Shown: positions 51,119-62,949, numbered from the stretch's first letter. The stretch is DNA of 64,000 nt from Frischella perrara (GCF_000807275.1 NZ_CP009056.1:991192-1055191); one strand, 5' to 3'. Made by a program: numbers and translations. Notes: generated by a model not told the origin, from the sequence alone.

Positions 51119-54100
51119 ATGAAGAGTATTATTCTGGATAGAAAAACTGGTGTATCACAAGAAACATCAGCTAATAATTTTGACATTGGAAGTTCTAAAA
51201 TTGTCATACTAAATATCACCAAAAATAATATCTTATCAATAACGCAAAATGATAATCAACTTGTTGTTCAGCTTAAATCCGGTAATCCTATAATTATCAA
51301 TGATTTTTATAGTTCACAAGATGATAAAAATGAAAATAAATTAGTCATTGATGATCCCTCGGAGGAAGAATTAGGATACTGGTGGATTGAAGAGCCAAAT
51401 AGCGGTTTAAATTGGGTACAACTTGATGATCTCAATCCATTAATGATTACAAATACATCTGATGGTATTTCTCCATGGGTTTATGCTGCGGGAGCGGGGA
51501 TTTTAGCGGCAGGTGTGTTAGCTGGTGGTGGCGGAGGCGGTGGTGGTGGACATCACCATAAAGGACAGCAAATTGCTACCCCAGTTGTTTCTTCTAATAA
51601 TGCCGAAGGTATAACAGGTACAGGGACGCCCGGTTGGGAAATTGTTTTAACTAAACCGGATAATACGACTGAAGTAACCACTGTTGATGAAAATGGTAAA
51701 TGGTCTTTTAATCAAAATGGTAACCCATTAGCTCATGGCGAAACAGGGAAAATTATAGCCAGAGATCCACAAAATAATGATAAAGTCAGCAAAGAAGTAG
51801 AAACGGTTGCTGATTGTCAACCTCCAGAGCCCCCCGTTGTTGAAATGAATAATAGTAATGGAATCTCGGGGACGGCAGAGCCAAATTCTACCATTACTAT
51901 AACAAACTCAGATGGCGAAGTGGTAGGCGAAGCAATAACAGATGCGAACGGTAATTGGCATATCGAACCTAATCCATTAGCCGATGGTGAAGAAGGTCAT
52001 TTTACCGCGACTGATAAAGCCGGTAATATCAGTGACGTGACTGATGATATTGCGGATGTCTTGGCGCCTAACGCACCTGAAGTTAAGCAAAATAATGCAC
52101 AAGGTATATCCGGTAAAGCGGAGGCCAACTCTCAAGTCATCGTTACTAACTCGAAGGGTGAAGTGGTTGGTGACGCTATGGCGGATGACCAAGGTAATTG
52201 GCATATTGATTATCCTAACCCATTAACCGATGGTGAAACCGGTCATTTTACTGCGACCGATGCGGCGGGTAATACCAGTAAGGTAACCGATAATATTGCT
52301 GATACCGTGGTACCTGAACCACCAATAGTTGAGCAAAATAATGCACAAGGTATATCCGGTAAAGCGGAGGCCAATTCTAAAGTCATCGTTACTAACTCGA
52401 AGGGTGAAGTAGTTGGTGAAGCTATAGCGGATGAGAATAATAATTGGCATATAGATTCTCCTAACCCGTTAGCTGATGGTGAAACCGGTCATTTTACTGC
52501 GACCGATGCGGCGGGTAATACCAGTAAGGTAACCGATAATATTGCTGATACCGTGGTACCTGAAGCACCAACAGTTGAGCAAAATAATGCACAAGGTATA
52601 TCCGGTAAAGCGGAGGCCAATTCTAAAGTCATCGTTACTAACTCGAAGGGTGAAGTAGTTGGTGAAGCTATAGCGGATGAGAATAATAATTGGCATATAG
52701 ATTATCCTAACCCGTTAGTTGATGGTGAAACCGGTCATTTTACTGCGACCGATGCGGCGGGTAATACCAGTAAGGTAACCGATAATATTGCTGATACCGT
52801 GGCACCTAAAGCACCAGAAGTTAAGCAAAATAATGCACAAGGTATATCCGGTAAAGCGGAGGCCAATTCTAAAGTCATCGTTACTAACTCGAAAGGTGAA
52901 GTGGTTGGCGAAGCTATAGCGGATGAGAATAATAATTGGCATATAGATTCTCCTAACCCGTTAGCTGATGGTGAAACCGGTCATTTTACTGCGACCGATG
53001 CGGCGGGTAATACCAGTAAGGTAACCGATAATATTGCTGATACCGTGGCACCTGAAGCACCAACAGTTGAGCAAAATAATGCACAAGGTATATCCGGTAA
53101 AGCGGAGGCCAATTCTAAAGTCATCGTTACTAACTCGAAAGGTGAAGTGGTTGGCGAAGCTATAGCGGATGAGAATAATAATTGGCATATAGATTCTCCT
53201 AACCCGTTAGCTGATGGAGAAACCGGTCATTTTACTGCGACCGATGCGGCGGGTAATACCAGTAAGGTAACCGATAATATTGCTGATACCGTGGCACCTG
53301 AAGCACCAACAGTTGAGCAAAATAATGCACAAGGTATATCCGGTAAAGCGGAGGCCAATTCTAAAGTCATCGTTACTAACTCGAAGGGTGAAGTAGTTGG
53401 TGAAGCTATAGCGGATGAGAATAATAATTGGCATATAGATTCTCCTAACCCGTTAGCTGATGGTGAAACCGGTCATTTTACTGCGACCGATGCGGCGGGT
53501 AATACCAGTAAGGTAACCGATAATATTGCTGATACCGTGGCACCTGAAGCACCAGACAGTTGAGCAAAATAATGCACAAGGTATATCCGGTAAAGCGGAG
53601 GCCAATTCTAAAGTCATCGTTACTAACTCGAAGGGTGAAGTAGTTGGTGAAGCTATAGCGGATGAGAATAATAATTGGCATATAGATTCTCCTAACCCGT
53701 TAGCTGATGGTGAAACCGGTCATTTTACTGCGACCGATGCGGCGGGTAATACCAGTAAGGTAACCGATAATATTGCTGATACCGTGGCACCTGAAGCACC
53801 AACAGTTAAGCAAAATAATGCACAAGGTATATCCGGTAAAGCGGAGGCCAATTCTAAAGTCATCGTTACTAACTCGAAGGGTGAAATAGTTGGTGAAGCT
53901 ATAGCGGATGAGAATGAGAATTGGCATATTGATTCTCCTAACCCATTAGCCGATGGAGAAACAGGTCATTTTACTGCGACCGATGCGGCGGGTAATACCA
54001 GTGAGGTAACCGATAATATTGCCGATACCGTGGCACCTGAACCACCAGAAGTTAAGCAAAATAATGCACAAGGTATATCCGGTAAAGCGGAGGCCAATTC

Positions 54101-57100
54101 TAAAGTCATCGTTACTAACTCGAAGGGTGAAGTAGTTGGTGAAGCTATAGCGGATGAGAATGAGAATTGGCATATTGATTCTCCTAACCCATTAGCCGAT
54201 GGAGAAACCGGTCATTTTACTGCGACCGATGTGGCAGGTAATACCAGTGAGGTAACCGATAATATTGCTGATACCGTGGCACCTGAAGCACCAACAGTTA
54301 AGCAAAATAATGCACAAGGTATATCTGGTAAAGCGGAGGCCAATTCTAAAGTCATCGTTACTAACTCGAAGGGTGAAGTAGTTGGTGAAGCTATAGCGGA
54401 TGAGAATGAGAATTGGCATATTGATTCTCCTAACCCGTTAGCTGATGGTGAAACCGGTCATTTTACTGCGACCGATGTGGCAGGTAATACCAGTAAGGTA
54501 ACCGATAATATTGCTGATACCGTGGCACCTGAACCACCAGAAGTTGAGCAAAATAATGCACAAGGTATATCCGGTAAAGCGGAGGCCAATTCTAAAGTTG
54601 TTGTTACTAACTCGAAAGGTGAAATAGTTGGTGAAGCTATAGCGGATGAGAATAATAATTGGCATATAGATTCTCCTAACCCGTTAGCTGATGGTGAAAC
54701 CGGTCATTTTACTGCGACCGATGCGGCGGGTAATACCAGTAAGGTAACCGATAATATTGCTGATACCGTGGTACCTGAACCACCAACAGTTGAGCAAAAT
54801 AATGCACAAGGTATATCCGGTAAAGCGGAGGCCAATTCTAAAGTCATCGTTACTAACTCGAAGGGTGAAGTAGTTGGTGAAGCTATAGCGGATGAGAATA
54901 ATAATTGGCATATAGATTATCCTAACCCGTTAGCTGATGGTGAAACCGGTCATTTTACTGCGACCGATGCGGCGGGTAATACCAGTAAGGTAACCGATAA
55001 TATTGCTGATACCGTGGTACCTGAAGCACCAACAGTTGAGCAAAATAATGCACAAGGTATATCCGGTAAAGCGGAGGCCAATTCTAAAGTCATCGTTACT
55101 AACTCGAAAGGTGAAGTGGTTGGCGAAGCTATAGCGGATGAGAATAATAATTGGCATATAGATTCTCCTAACCCGTTAGCTGATGGAGAAACCGGTCATT
55201 TTACCGCGACCGATGCGGCAGGTAATACCAGTAAGGTAACCGATAATATTGCTGATACCGTGGCACCTGAAGCACCAATAGTTGAGCAAAATAATGCACA
55301 AGGTATATCCGGTAAAGCGGAGGCCAATTCTAAAGTCATCGTTACTAACTCGAAAGGTGAAGTGGTTGGCGAAGCTATAGCGGATGAGAATAATAATTGG
55401 CATATAGATTCTCCTAACCCGTTAGCTGATGGTGAAACCGGTCATTTTACTGCGACCGATGCGGCGGGTAATACCAGTAAGGTAACCGATAATATTGCTG
55501 ATACCGTGGCACCTGAAGCACCAACAGTTGAGCAAAATAATGCACAAGGTATATCCGGTAAAGCGGAGGCCAATTCTAAAGTCATCGTTACTAACTCGAA
55601 AGGTGAAGTGGTTGGCGAAGCTATAGCGGATGAGAATAATAATTGGCATATAGATTCTCCTAACCCGTTAGCTGATGGTGAAACCGGTCATTTTACTGCG
55701 ACCGATGCGGCGGGTAATACCAGTAAGGTAACCGATAATATTGCTGATACCGTGGCACCTGAAGCACCAACAGTTGAGCAAAATAATGCACAAGGTATAT
55801 CCGGTAAAGCGGAGGCCAATTCTAAAGTCATCGTTACTAACTCGAAGGGTGAAGTAGTTGGTGAAGCTATAGCGGATGAGAATAATAATTGGCATATAGA
55901 TTATCCTAACCCGTTAGCTGATGGTGAAACCGGTCATTTTACTGCGACCGATGCGGTGGGTAATACCAGTAAGGTAACCGATAATATTGCTGATACCGTG
56001 GCACCTGAAGCACCAACAGTTGAGCAAAATAATGCACAAGGTATATCCGGTAAAGCGGAGGCCAATTCTAAAGTCATCGTTACTAACTCGAAGGGTGAAG
56101 TAGTTGGTGAAGCTATAGCGGATGAGAATAATAATTGGCATATAGATTATCCTAACCCGTTAGTTGATGGTGAAACCGGTCATTTTACTGCGACCGATGC
56201 GGCGGGTAATACCAGTAAGGTAACCGATAATATTGCTGATACCGTGGCACCTAAAGCACCAGAAGTTAAGCAAAATAATGCACAAGGTATATCCGGTAAA
56301 GCGGAGGCCAATTCTAAAGTCATTGTTACTAACTCGAAAGGTGAAGTGGTTGGCGAAGCTATAGCGGATGAGAATAATAATTGGCATATAGATTCTCCTA
56401 ACCCGTTAGCTGATGGTGAAACCGGTCATTTTACTGCGACCGATGCGGCGGGTAATACCAGTAAGGTAACCGATAATATTGCTGATACCGTGGCACCTGA
56501 AGCACCAGAAGTTAAGCAAAATAATGCACAAGGTATATCCGGTAAAGCGGAGGCTAATTCTAAAGTTGTTGTTACTAACTCGAAAGGTGAAATAGTTGGT
56601 GAAGCTATAGCGGATGAGAATAATAATTGGCATATAGATTCTCCTAACCCGTTAGCTGATGGTGAAACCGGTCATTTTACTGCGACCGATGCGGCGGGTA
56701 ATACCAGTAAGGTAACCGATAATATTGCTGATACCGTGGCACCTGAAGCACCAACAGTTAAGCAAAATAATGCACAAGGTATATCCGGTAAAGCGGAGGC
56801 CAATTCTAAAGTCATCGTTACTAACTCGAAGGGTGAAATAGTTGGTGAAGCTATAGCGGATGAGAATAATAATTGGCATATTGAACCTAACCCGTTAGCC
56901 GATGGAGAAACCGGTCATTTTATTGCGATTGATGTAGCCGGTAATGAAAGTTTACAAAGCACGAAAATAACCGATACTGTGGTCCCTGAAGCCCCTAAGA
57001 TAATTCATAGTAATTCTAATGAAATATATGGTACTTCAGAACAAAATGCACTAATTACTATAAAAGACCGAAAAGGTAACGTAATCACGACTACCTTCGC

Positions 57101-58124
57101 TGATGAAAAAGGAAATTGGAAAATAAACCCAAATCCAATAACAACCCATAACACGATAATCAGAGTTACGGCTACTGATGAAGCAGGTAATGAAAGTATG
57201 CCAGGATCTGCCATGACAGATCTTGAACCACCAAGAAAACCGTTAATTGATGAATGTAATGCAGATGAATTATCCGGTGTTACAGAACCCGGTTCGTTAA
57301 TTTATGTATATGACTCGGATGGCAAACCAATTATGGATGGTGACCAACCTAAATATGCGAAAGCTGATCCATCTGGTATTTGGGAATTTAAACCAAATCC
57401 TTTAGGCAATAATTCAGGGTATATCGTTGCAATGGATGACGCTCATAATGTTAGTGATCCAGTCGCTATTGAAGGAATGTCGCAATATCTAGAAGACAAT
57501 TCATCATTATTGCGGAGTGATGCTGAAGTTGATGATATTAATAATCATGATGATCAGCAATCAATCAGCGATAAGGTTGATTCAGACAATACTGTAGAAA
57601 ATGATAATGAACCTAAAGTTATCAATGTTGACAATCATTCATCATCAAATGAGTCAAGGGATCTTAATAGTAATGAATTAACATCAGATAATTCACAAGC
57701 TAACGATAATGTTGACATTAAGGATCAGTTTGATTTGCCAAATGAAAGTCAATATCTATCACTTGATAAATTGTTAAGCACTTTTAATAGCGATAATGGC
57801 AACAATCTAGACGCTATTGATAGTTTTACGGATCGTCACATCCTTCTTATTAATGAAGATGTTGATTTAACAAATCTAAACGATTTATTAGGTTCTTCTA
57901 AAGAAGCCGTTTCTTTTTATCCAGAAAATAATCAGTTACAGCCTGAAAGTGACTTAGTTGAAATACTGGACTATATTCAAGGAGAACAAATGAGTATGGT
58001 TTTAGAAACTAATTTTGATAATAATGAATTAAACGACAGTCAGGAACTAGAAACGGTGATGACCTTAAAAGATACCGATGACGATATTTTAACCCAATTA
58101 GCTAATCATCAAGCCGTTATTTAA
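51119..58124 (+). pseudogene. Giant BapA/SiiE-like T1SS-secreted adhesin of about 2335 aa if uninterrupted. Architecture: N-terminal module, about 24 bacterial Ig-like domains (20 of them near-identical 82-aa repeats), and an acidic D/N/E-rich C-terminal region. A +1 frameshift (extra G at 53555) splits it into ORFs 51119..53563 and 53526..58124.
   Basis: Both ORFs translate to the same 82-aa repeat (VEQNNAQGISGKAEANSKVIVTNSKGEVVGEAIADENNNWHIDSPNPLADGETGHFTATDAAGNTSKVTDNIADTVAPEAPT). The canonical junction ccaacagttgag reads ccagacagttgag at 53551-53563, creating a TGA stop. T1SS genes lie immediately downstream. No RTX GGxGxD nonapeptide repeats were seen. Confidence 0.75.
52082..57002 (+). 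repeat. Tandem array of 20 near-identical 246-bp units (82-aa BIg-like domain repeats). Further degenerate copies lie on each side (about 51590-52081 and 57003-57480).
   Basis: Unit starts at 52082+246k (k=0..5) and 53559+246k (k=0..13). The minus-strand 75-aa phantom ORFs recur at exactly 246-bp spacing. Confidence 0.9.
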
Positions 58125-58146
58125 TTAGCTTAATTTATCAAATATA

Positions 58147-58184
58147 AACCTTCTTGCTCATAGTTAATGCAAGAAGGTTTTTAA
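58147..58184 (+). terminator. Rho-independent terminator between the adhesin gene and the T1SS outer-membrane gene
   Basis: aaccttcttgc-N11-gcaagaaggttttt. Confidence 0.65.
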
Positions 58185-58210
58185 TTATAATAATAACAAA
58201 GGATTAAATT

Positions 58211-59599
58211 ATGGTATCTATAAAAAAGCTCACTTTATTGATGTTATTTTTGTCGATTTCTCCTTGTATAGCTAAACATTCTAATCTCCCTTCTCTTCAT
58301 AATGATAATCAAGAAGTTGCGACTAATGATTGTCAAGTGGATAGCTCAATGACGACAAAGGGACTGAGTTTAAATAATATTATTTGTATAGCTATTAAAC
58401 GCTATCCTACCATTGCATCCGCAAGATCAGGCTATGAAGGATATATGGAGATGATCGAAGCTGCAAAAGCCGGTTACTATCCACAAATAAATTTTAATGT
58501 CCAAACTACAAAATCATCTGGAATCAGAGATGGTTATGCCAATACCCCAAGAGTCACGATGCAACAACGGATTTATGATTTTGGTAAAGTTAGTAGTTCA
58601 ATTGAACAATCCAAAGCTGAGGCTGATCGTCAAAGGGGGAATGTATTACAACAAATTGATAATATTATTATTCAATCTGGTAATCTAGCATTGGAAATTC
58701 AACGTTTAGAGACATTAGAATTAAAAAGTAAAAATCTATTACAAGGAATTAACAAAGTTCTTGATATTGCTATCTCACGATCTAATTCCGGAGTGAGTAC
58801 GCAATCGGATTATATCCAAGCTAAATCACGACAAGAAGCAGCAGAAGCAAACTTGTTCGATATACAAACTCAACTTAGTACTACAAGAAGAAAACTAACT
58901 ACATATATAGGATCACAGTATACTAATGCTAAATTAGCAACTATTGGCGATAAGCTATTTAATAGGAACATCCTACAATATCCAATTAATGAGAAACAGA
59001 TCCCAACTGTGATTATGAATCAAGCGTTTCGATCTATGGCTCAAGCTCAGGTTGATAGCGCCAAAGCTGCATTAATGCCAACCATATCACTGGTAGGATC
59101 TGTAGAAAAAACCATTCATGGATATAATCCTAATAATGGTAAATACAAAGGAAATTATAACTATTTAGGATTGTCAGTCGAACAAAGTGTATTTAGCGGT
59201 GGTGAAAATTTAGCAAAACTCAAATCTGCACAAAAACAGCTAAATTTAGCCGATTATGATATCAAAACAATACGATTAGAATTAAATGATCAAGTAGACT
59301 CAATAAAATTAAATATTAATGGGATTGAATCCCGCATAAAAGTTTTGGCATCACGGCTAAAAAGTATCAATGAAACGCGTATTTTATATCGAGAACAGTA
59401 TACGCTAGGAAGTCGCCCCATATTAGACCTTCTTAATTCAGAAGAAGAGGTATTTCAAGCTGAAACAAATCTTATTAATGCTCATCACGATAGATGGTCA
59501 TATTATCTTCAATATCTAGTCGTAACTGGCAATGCTAGACAGATTTTTAAGTTAGAACCGCTGGTAGATAAGTATTTAGGACAAAGTAATGGAAAATAA
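58211..59599 (+). CDS. TolC-family outer membrane efflux protein (T1SS outer membrane component)
   Basis: 462 aa. Signal peptide and TolC-like repeat structure (...GYYPQINFNVQ..., C-terminal coiled-coil repeats). Confidence 0.8.
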   Translation: MVSIKKLTLLMLFLSISPCIAKHSNLPSLHNDNQEVATNDCQVDSSMTTKGLSLNNIICIAIKRYPTIASARSGYEGYMEMIEAAKAGYYPQINFNVQTTKSSGIRDGYANTPRVTMQQRIYDFGKVSSSIEQSKAEADRQRGNVLQQIDNIIIQSGNLALEIQRLETLELKSKNLLQGINKVLDIAISRSNSGVSTQSDYIQAKSRQEAAEANLFDIQTQLSTTRRKLTTYIGSQYTNAKLATIGDKLFNRNILQYPINEKQIPTVIMNQAFRSMAQAQVDSAKAALMPTISLVGSVEKTIHGYNPNNGKYKGNYNYLGLSVEQSVFSGGENLAKLKSAQKQLNLADYDIKTIRLELNDQVDSIKLNINGIESRIKVLASRLKSINETRILYREQYTLGSRPILDLLNSEEEVFQAETNLINAHHDRWSYYLQYLVVTGNARQIFKLEPLVDKYLGQSNGK

Positions 59600-61733
59600 A
59601 TCTTATAATCAATGGTTAGTTGCATTCTTAAAAGTTGCTAACATTTATGGATTGGATGTATCAGAAGAGAATGCGAAGACCTTTGTCAGTTGGGATCAAT
59701 CCCCAAATAAAGAGCAATTATTAACACAATTAGCAAAACAATTGGGTTTATCTATTCGCTTTCAATCCGTTTCTAAGTCAATATTTGATCCTTGGCGACT
59801 ACCTGTTGTTATTGAATTTGATGAAAATCAAATCGGAGTTATTTTAAAATCAGATAATAAAGAAAAAGCCACATTAATGATGTCAAACGATGATGGCTTA
59901 TCTATAGATCTATCATTTGATGAAATCTATTCTCAAGCGAAAAAAATCATTATATTACGTCCTGAATCGTCAATACCTGATGCACGTGTGGATGACTATA
60001 TACAACGCCCAAAGAAAAATTGGTTTTGGCAAGTCGTTCTAAAAGATTGGAAGAGTTATAGCCATATCATAATGGCTTCTTTATTTGTGAATTTATTGGC
60101 TTTGGCATCAGTTATTTTTTCAATGCAAGTATATGATCGCGTTATTCCAGCTCAGTCCCAATCGACATTGTGGGTACTTTTTTTGGGGGTAGTCATTGCT
60201 ATCTGTTTTGAATTTTTGTTACGTTTTTCTAGAACACACATCTCAGATGCGATAGGCAAAAAGATTGACTTAAAAATTTCTGATAAAGTATTTGGTAGGG
60301 CTTTACGGCTACGAAATGATGTTCGTTCTAAATCTACCGGTTCTTTCGTATCTCAATTGCGTGAGTTAGATCAATTAAGGGAAGTGGTTGCTTCAACGAC
60401 GATTAATGCCTTAGCGGATGTTCCTTTTGTTATAGTATTTATGAGTATTCTTTTTTTGATTGGTGGGCCTTTAACTATCGTCGCATTAATCATGATACCA
60501 TTGCTAGTTATACCAAGCATTTTGGCACAAAAACCATTGGCTCGTTTGGCTAAAGAAGGTATGAGAGAGTCAGCCATTCGTAATGCCTTACTAATTGAAT
60601 CAGTTGAAGCTATTGAAGATATTAAATTATTGCGCGCCGAATATCGCTATCAAAATCAATGGAATCATGTTAATACCGTTTCAGCGAGTGTTAGTTTGAA
60701 ACAACGAAGGATTGTGAGTTTTCTTGTTTCTTGGTCACAGGAACTACAGTCCTTTACTTATGTTGCCGTATTGTTAATTGGTGCTTATATGGTTATCGAC
60801 GGCAATATAACTACGGGTACATTAGTTGGAAGTTCAATCTTATCATCGCGCTTAATTGCGCCTTTAGCACAATGGACTGGGGTACTGTCACGATTACAAA
60901 GTGCGAAAGTAGCTTACCGTAGTATCAATGAATTGATGTCCAAAGCAGTCGATTACGCTGAGCATGACAAGATGTTACATAAACCGCATATAAAGGGTGA
61001 TTACGAACTGAGTTCAGTTGAATTAACTTATGATCCTAAAGATAAATCACCTGCATTATCAATTGAATCCCTAAAAATAAAAGCAGGAGAAAGAGTCGCA
61101 ATTTTAGGTAGGATGGGCGCGGGTAAGTCAACACTATTGAATCTGTTGTGTGGGATGAGTTTAGCTACCAAAGGGGCAGTTCAAGTTGATCATTGTGATA
61201 TTCGTAGCATTGATCCATTAGATGTCCGTCGAGATATTGCCTTTCTAAGTCAAAACTCAAGATTATTATTCGGTTCAATCCGCGACAATTTATTAATGGG
61301 TAACCCTCAAGCAACCGATCAGGATCTGGTACAAGCTATTCAAATCTCAGGTGCATTTCCCATCATTCAGAAACAAGGTATTGATTATGTTATAAAAGAA
61401 GGTGGTAAGGGCTTATCCGAGGGGCAGAAACAGTCTCTTATTTTGGCAAGAACGTTATTAAAAAACCCTAATGTACTCTTGCTTGATGAACCAACGGCAT
61501 CAATTGATGAGATGACCGAGAAACATATCATTAATCACTTAGAACAATGGCTAGTTAATCGAACATTGATATTATCAACTCATAAACCCGCGTTATTGAA
61601 ATTAGTTAATCGTATTATTGTCATTGATCAAGGCAAAATTGTGATTGATGGTCCTAAAGAAGATGTTTTAGCACTTCTTTCAAAAGAAGGACAAAAAACA
61701 GCCGTTGATGCGGTTAAAGGAAATAACACATGA
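59589..61733 (+). CDS. Type I secretion ABC transporter (HlyB/LapB-like) with an N-terminal C39-like domain lacking the catalytic Cys, a TM domain and an NBD
   Basis: 714 aa. The N-terminal ~130 aa are C39-peptidase-like with no Cys at the catalytic position. Six TM helices. Walker A GRMGAGKST, LSEGQKQ signature, Walker B LLLDEPTASID. Confidence 0.85.
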   Translation: MENKSYNQWLVAFLKVANIYGLDVSEENAKTFVSWDQSPNKEQLLTQLAKQLGLSIRFQSVSKSIFDPWRLPVVIEFDENQIGVILKSDNKEKATLMMSNDDGLSIDLSFDEIYSQAKKIIILRPESSIPDARVDDYIQRPKKNWFWQVVLKDWKSYSHIIMASLFVNLLALASVIFSMQVYDRVIPAQSQSTLWVLFLGVVIAICFEFLLRFSRTHISDAIGKKIDLKISDKVFGRALRLRNDVRSKSTGSFVSQLRELDQLREVVASTTINALADVPFVIVFMSILFLIGGPLTIVALIMIPLLVIPSILAQKPLARLAKEGMRESAIRNALLIESVEAIEDIKLLRAEYRYQNQWNHVNTVSASVSLKQRRIVSFLVSWSQELQSFTYVAVLLIGAYMVIDGNITTGTLVGSSILSSRLIAPLAQWTGVLSRLQSAKVAYRSINELMSKAVDYAEHDKMLHKPHIKGDYELSSVELTYDPKDKSPALSIESLKIKAGERVAILGRMGAGKSTLLNLLCGMSLATKGAVQVDHCDIRSIDPLDVRRDIAFLSQNSRLLFGSIRDNLLMGNPQATDQDLVQAIQISGAFPIIQKQGIDYVIKEGGKGLSEGQKQSLILARTLLKNPNVLLLDEPTASIDEMTEKHIINHLEQWLVNRTLILSTHKPALLKLVNRIIVIDQGKIVIDGPKEDVLALLSKEGQKTAVDAVKGNNT

Positions 61734-62905
61734 GCAAAAGATCTATAAATAATTGGGATATTGTTGAAGGAGGCACAAGTAAATCTCAGCTACTAATATG
61801 GTTTATTGTATTGGCAATAAGCTGTTTTTATGTTTGGGCATCCGTATTCAAATTAACAGAAGTTTCATCGGGTACTGGTAAAGTTATTGCATCTTCTAAA
61901 GAACAAGTCATTCAATCATTAGAAGGTGGTGTTTTGAAACAATTAAATGTAAAAGAAGGACAATTAGTTGAAGCCAATCAGGTTTTAGCTTTTATTGATC
62001 CAACTAGAATGCAGTCAAGTGTTGGGGAAGCGCAAGCAAAATTAAAAGCCGCTAAAGCCACGGTTGCTAGATTACGCGCTGAAGTGGATGAAACACCGTT
62101 AGTTTTTCCTGAAGAAGTACTTAATGATTCCAGTCTTGTAAAATATGAGAGTAATTTATTTGAGTCAAGACGTAAATCGCTAACTGAGTCTATAGAGGGA
62201 ATCAAGCAAAGCCAACAACTAATATTGCAAGAATTAAAACTAACAGAACCACTAGTATTAAAAGGTGCAGCCAGTAATGTTGAAATTCTTAGATTAAAAA
62301 GGCAATTAAATGAACTTAAATCCAAAGAAATCGACATTAAAGGCCAATATATTGTTAAAGCTCGTGAAGAATTAGCTAAAGCCACAGCTGAAGTTGGCTC
62401 ACAAATGGAAATACTTAGAGGACGACAAGATGCATTAATGAGAACAACGATTGAATCACCAGTTAGAGGTATTGTTAAAAATATTGCAATTTCTACCTTG
62501 GGTGGCGTGATTCCTCCTGGCGGAAGATTGATGGAAATAATTCCCGTTGATGAACGATTGCAAATTGAAGCGCGTATTTCCCCTCGCGATATAGCATATA
62601 TTCGCGATGGTTTACCGGCTATTGTTAGAATTACAGCTTATGACTATTCAATATATGGTGCGTTAAACGGTGTTGTTGAGACCATCTCGCCAGACACAAT
62701 TCAAGATGAGGTAAATCGTGACAATTATTATTATCGAGTCTATATCAAAACAGATAGTGATCAATTAATGGATAAAAATGGTGTTGCTCATATAATCAAG
62801 CCCGGTATGATAGCCACTGTTGATATTAGAACGGGTGAAAAAACCGTATTGGAATATCTCATTAAACCTTTTAATAAAATGCGTGAAGCAATGCGAGAAC
62901 GCTAA
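61730..62905 (+). CDS. HlyD-family type I secretion membrane fusion protein
   Basis: 391 aa. N-terminal TM anchor, long coiled-coil, and C-terminal beta-barrel/lipoyl motifs. The ATGA overlap with the upstream ABC gene indicates translational coupling. Confidence 0.85.
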   Translation: MSKRSINNWDIVEGGTSKSQLLIWFIVLAISCFYVWASVFKLTEVSSGTGKVIASSKEQVIQSLEGGVLKQLNVKEGQLVEANQVLAFIDPTRMQSSVGEAQAKLKAAKATVARLRAEVDETPLVFPEEVLNDSSLVKYESNLFESRRKSLTESIEGIKQSQQLILQELKLTEPLVLKGAASNVEILRLKRQLNELKSKEIDIKGQYIVKAREELAKATAEVGSQMEILRGRQDALMRTTIESPVRGIVKNIAISTLGGVIPPGGRLMEIIPVDERLQIEARISPRDIAYIRDGLPAIVRITAYDYSIYGALNGVVETISPDTIQDEVNRDNYYYRVYIKTDSDQLMDKNGVAHIIKPGMIATVDIRTGEKTVLEYLIKPFNKMREAMRER

Positions 62906-62949
62906 CCATCTTTATTTATTTGGCTTGATTAAAATCACTGCTGATTATG

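Noticed and set aside
51977-56879. Series of ~20 minus-strand 75-aa ORFs (MPIIILIRYSFTNYF...) at exact 246-bp spacing
   Set aside because: They are antisense shadows of the tandem repeat in the adhesin gene: the same open frame recurs because the repeat lacks stops in that frame. There is no independent start context and they overlap a much better plus-strand gene.
57480-58124. Looked for RTX GGxGxDxUx nonapeptide repeats in the adhesin C-terminus
   Set aside because: None are present. The region is an acidic D/N/E/S-rich low-complexity tail, so I do not call it an RTX toxin.
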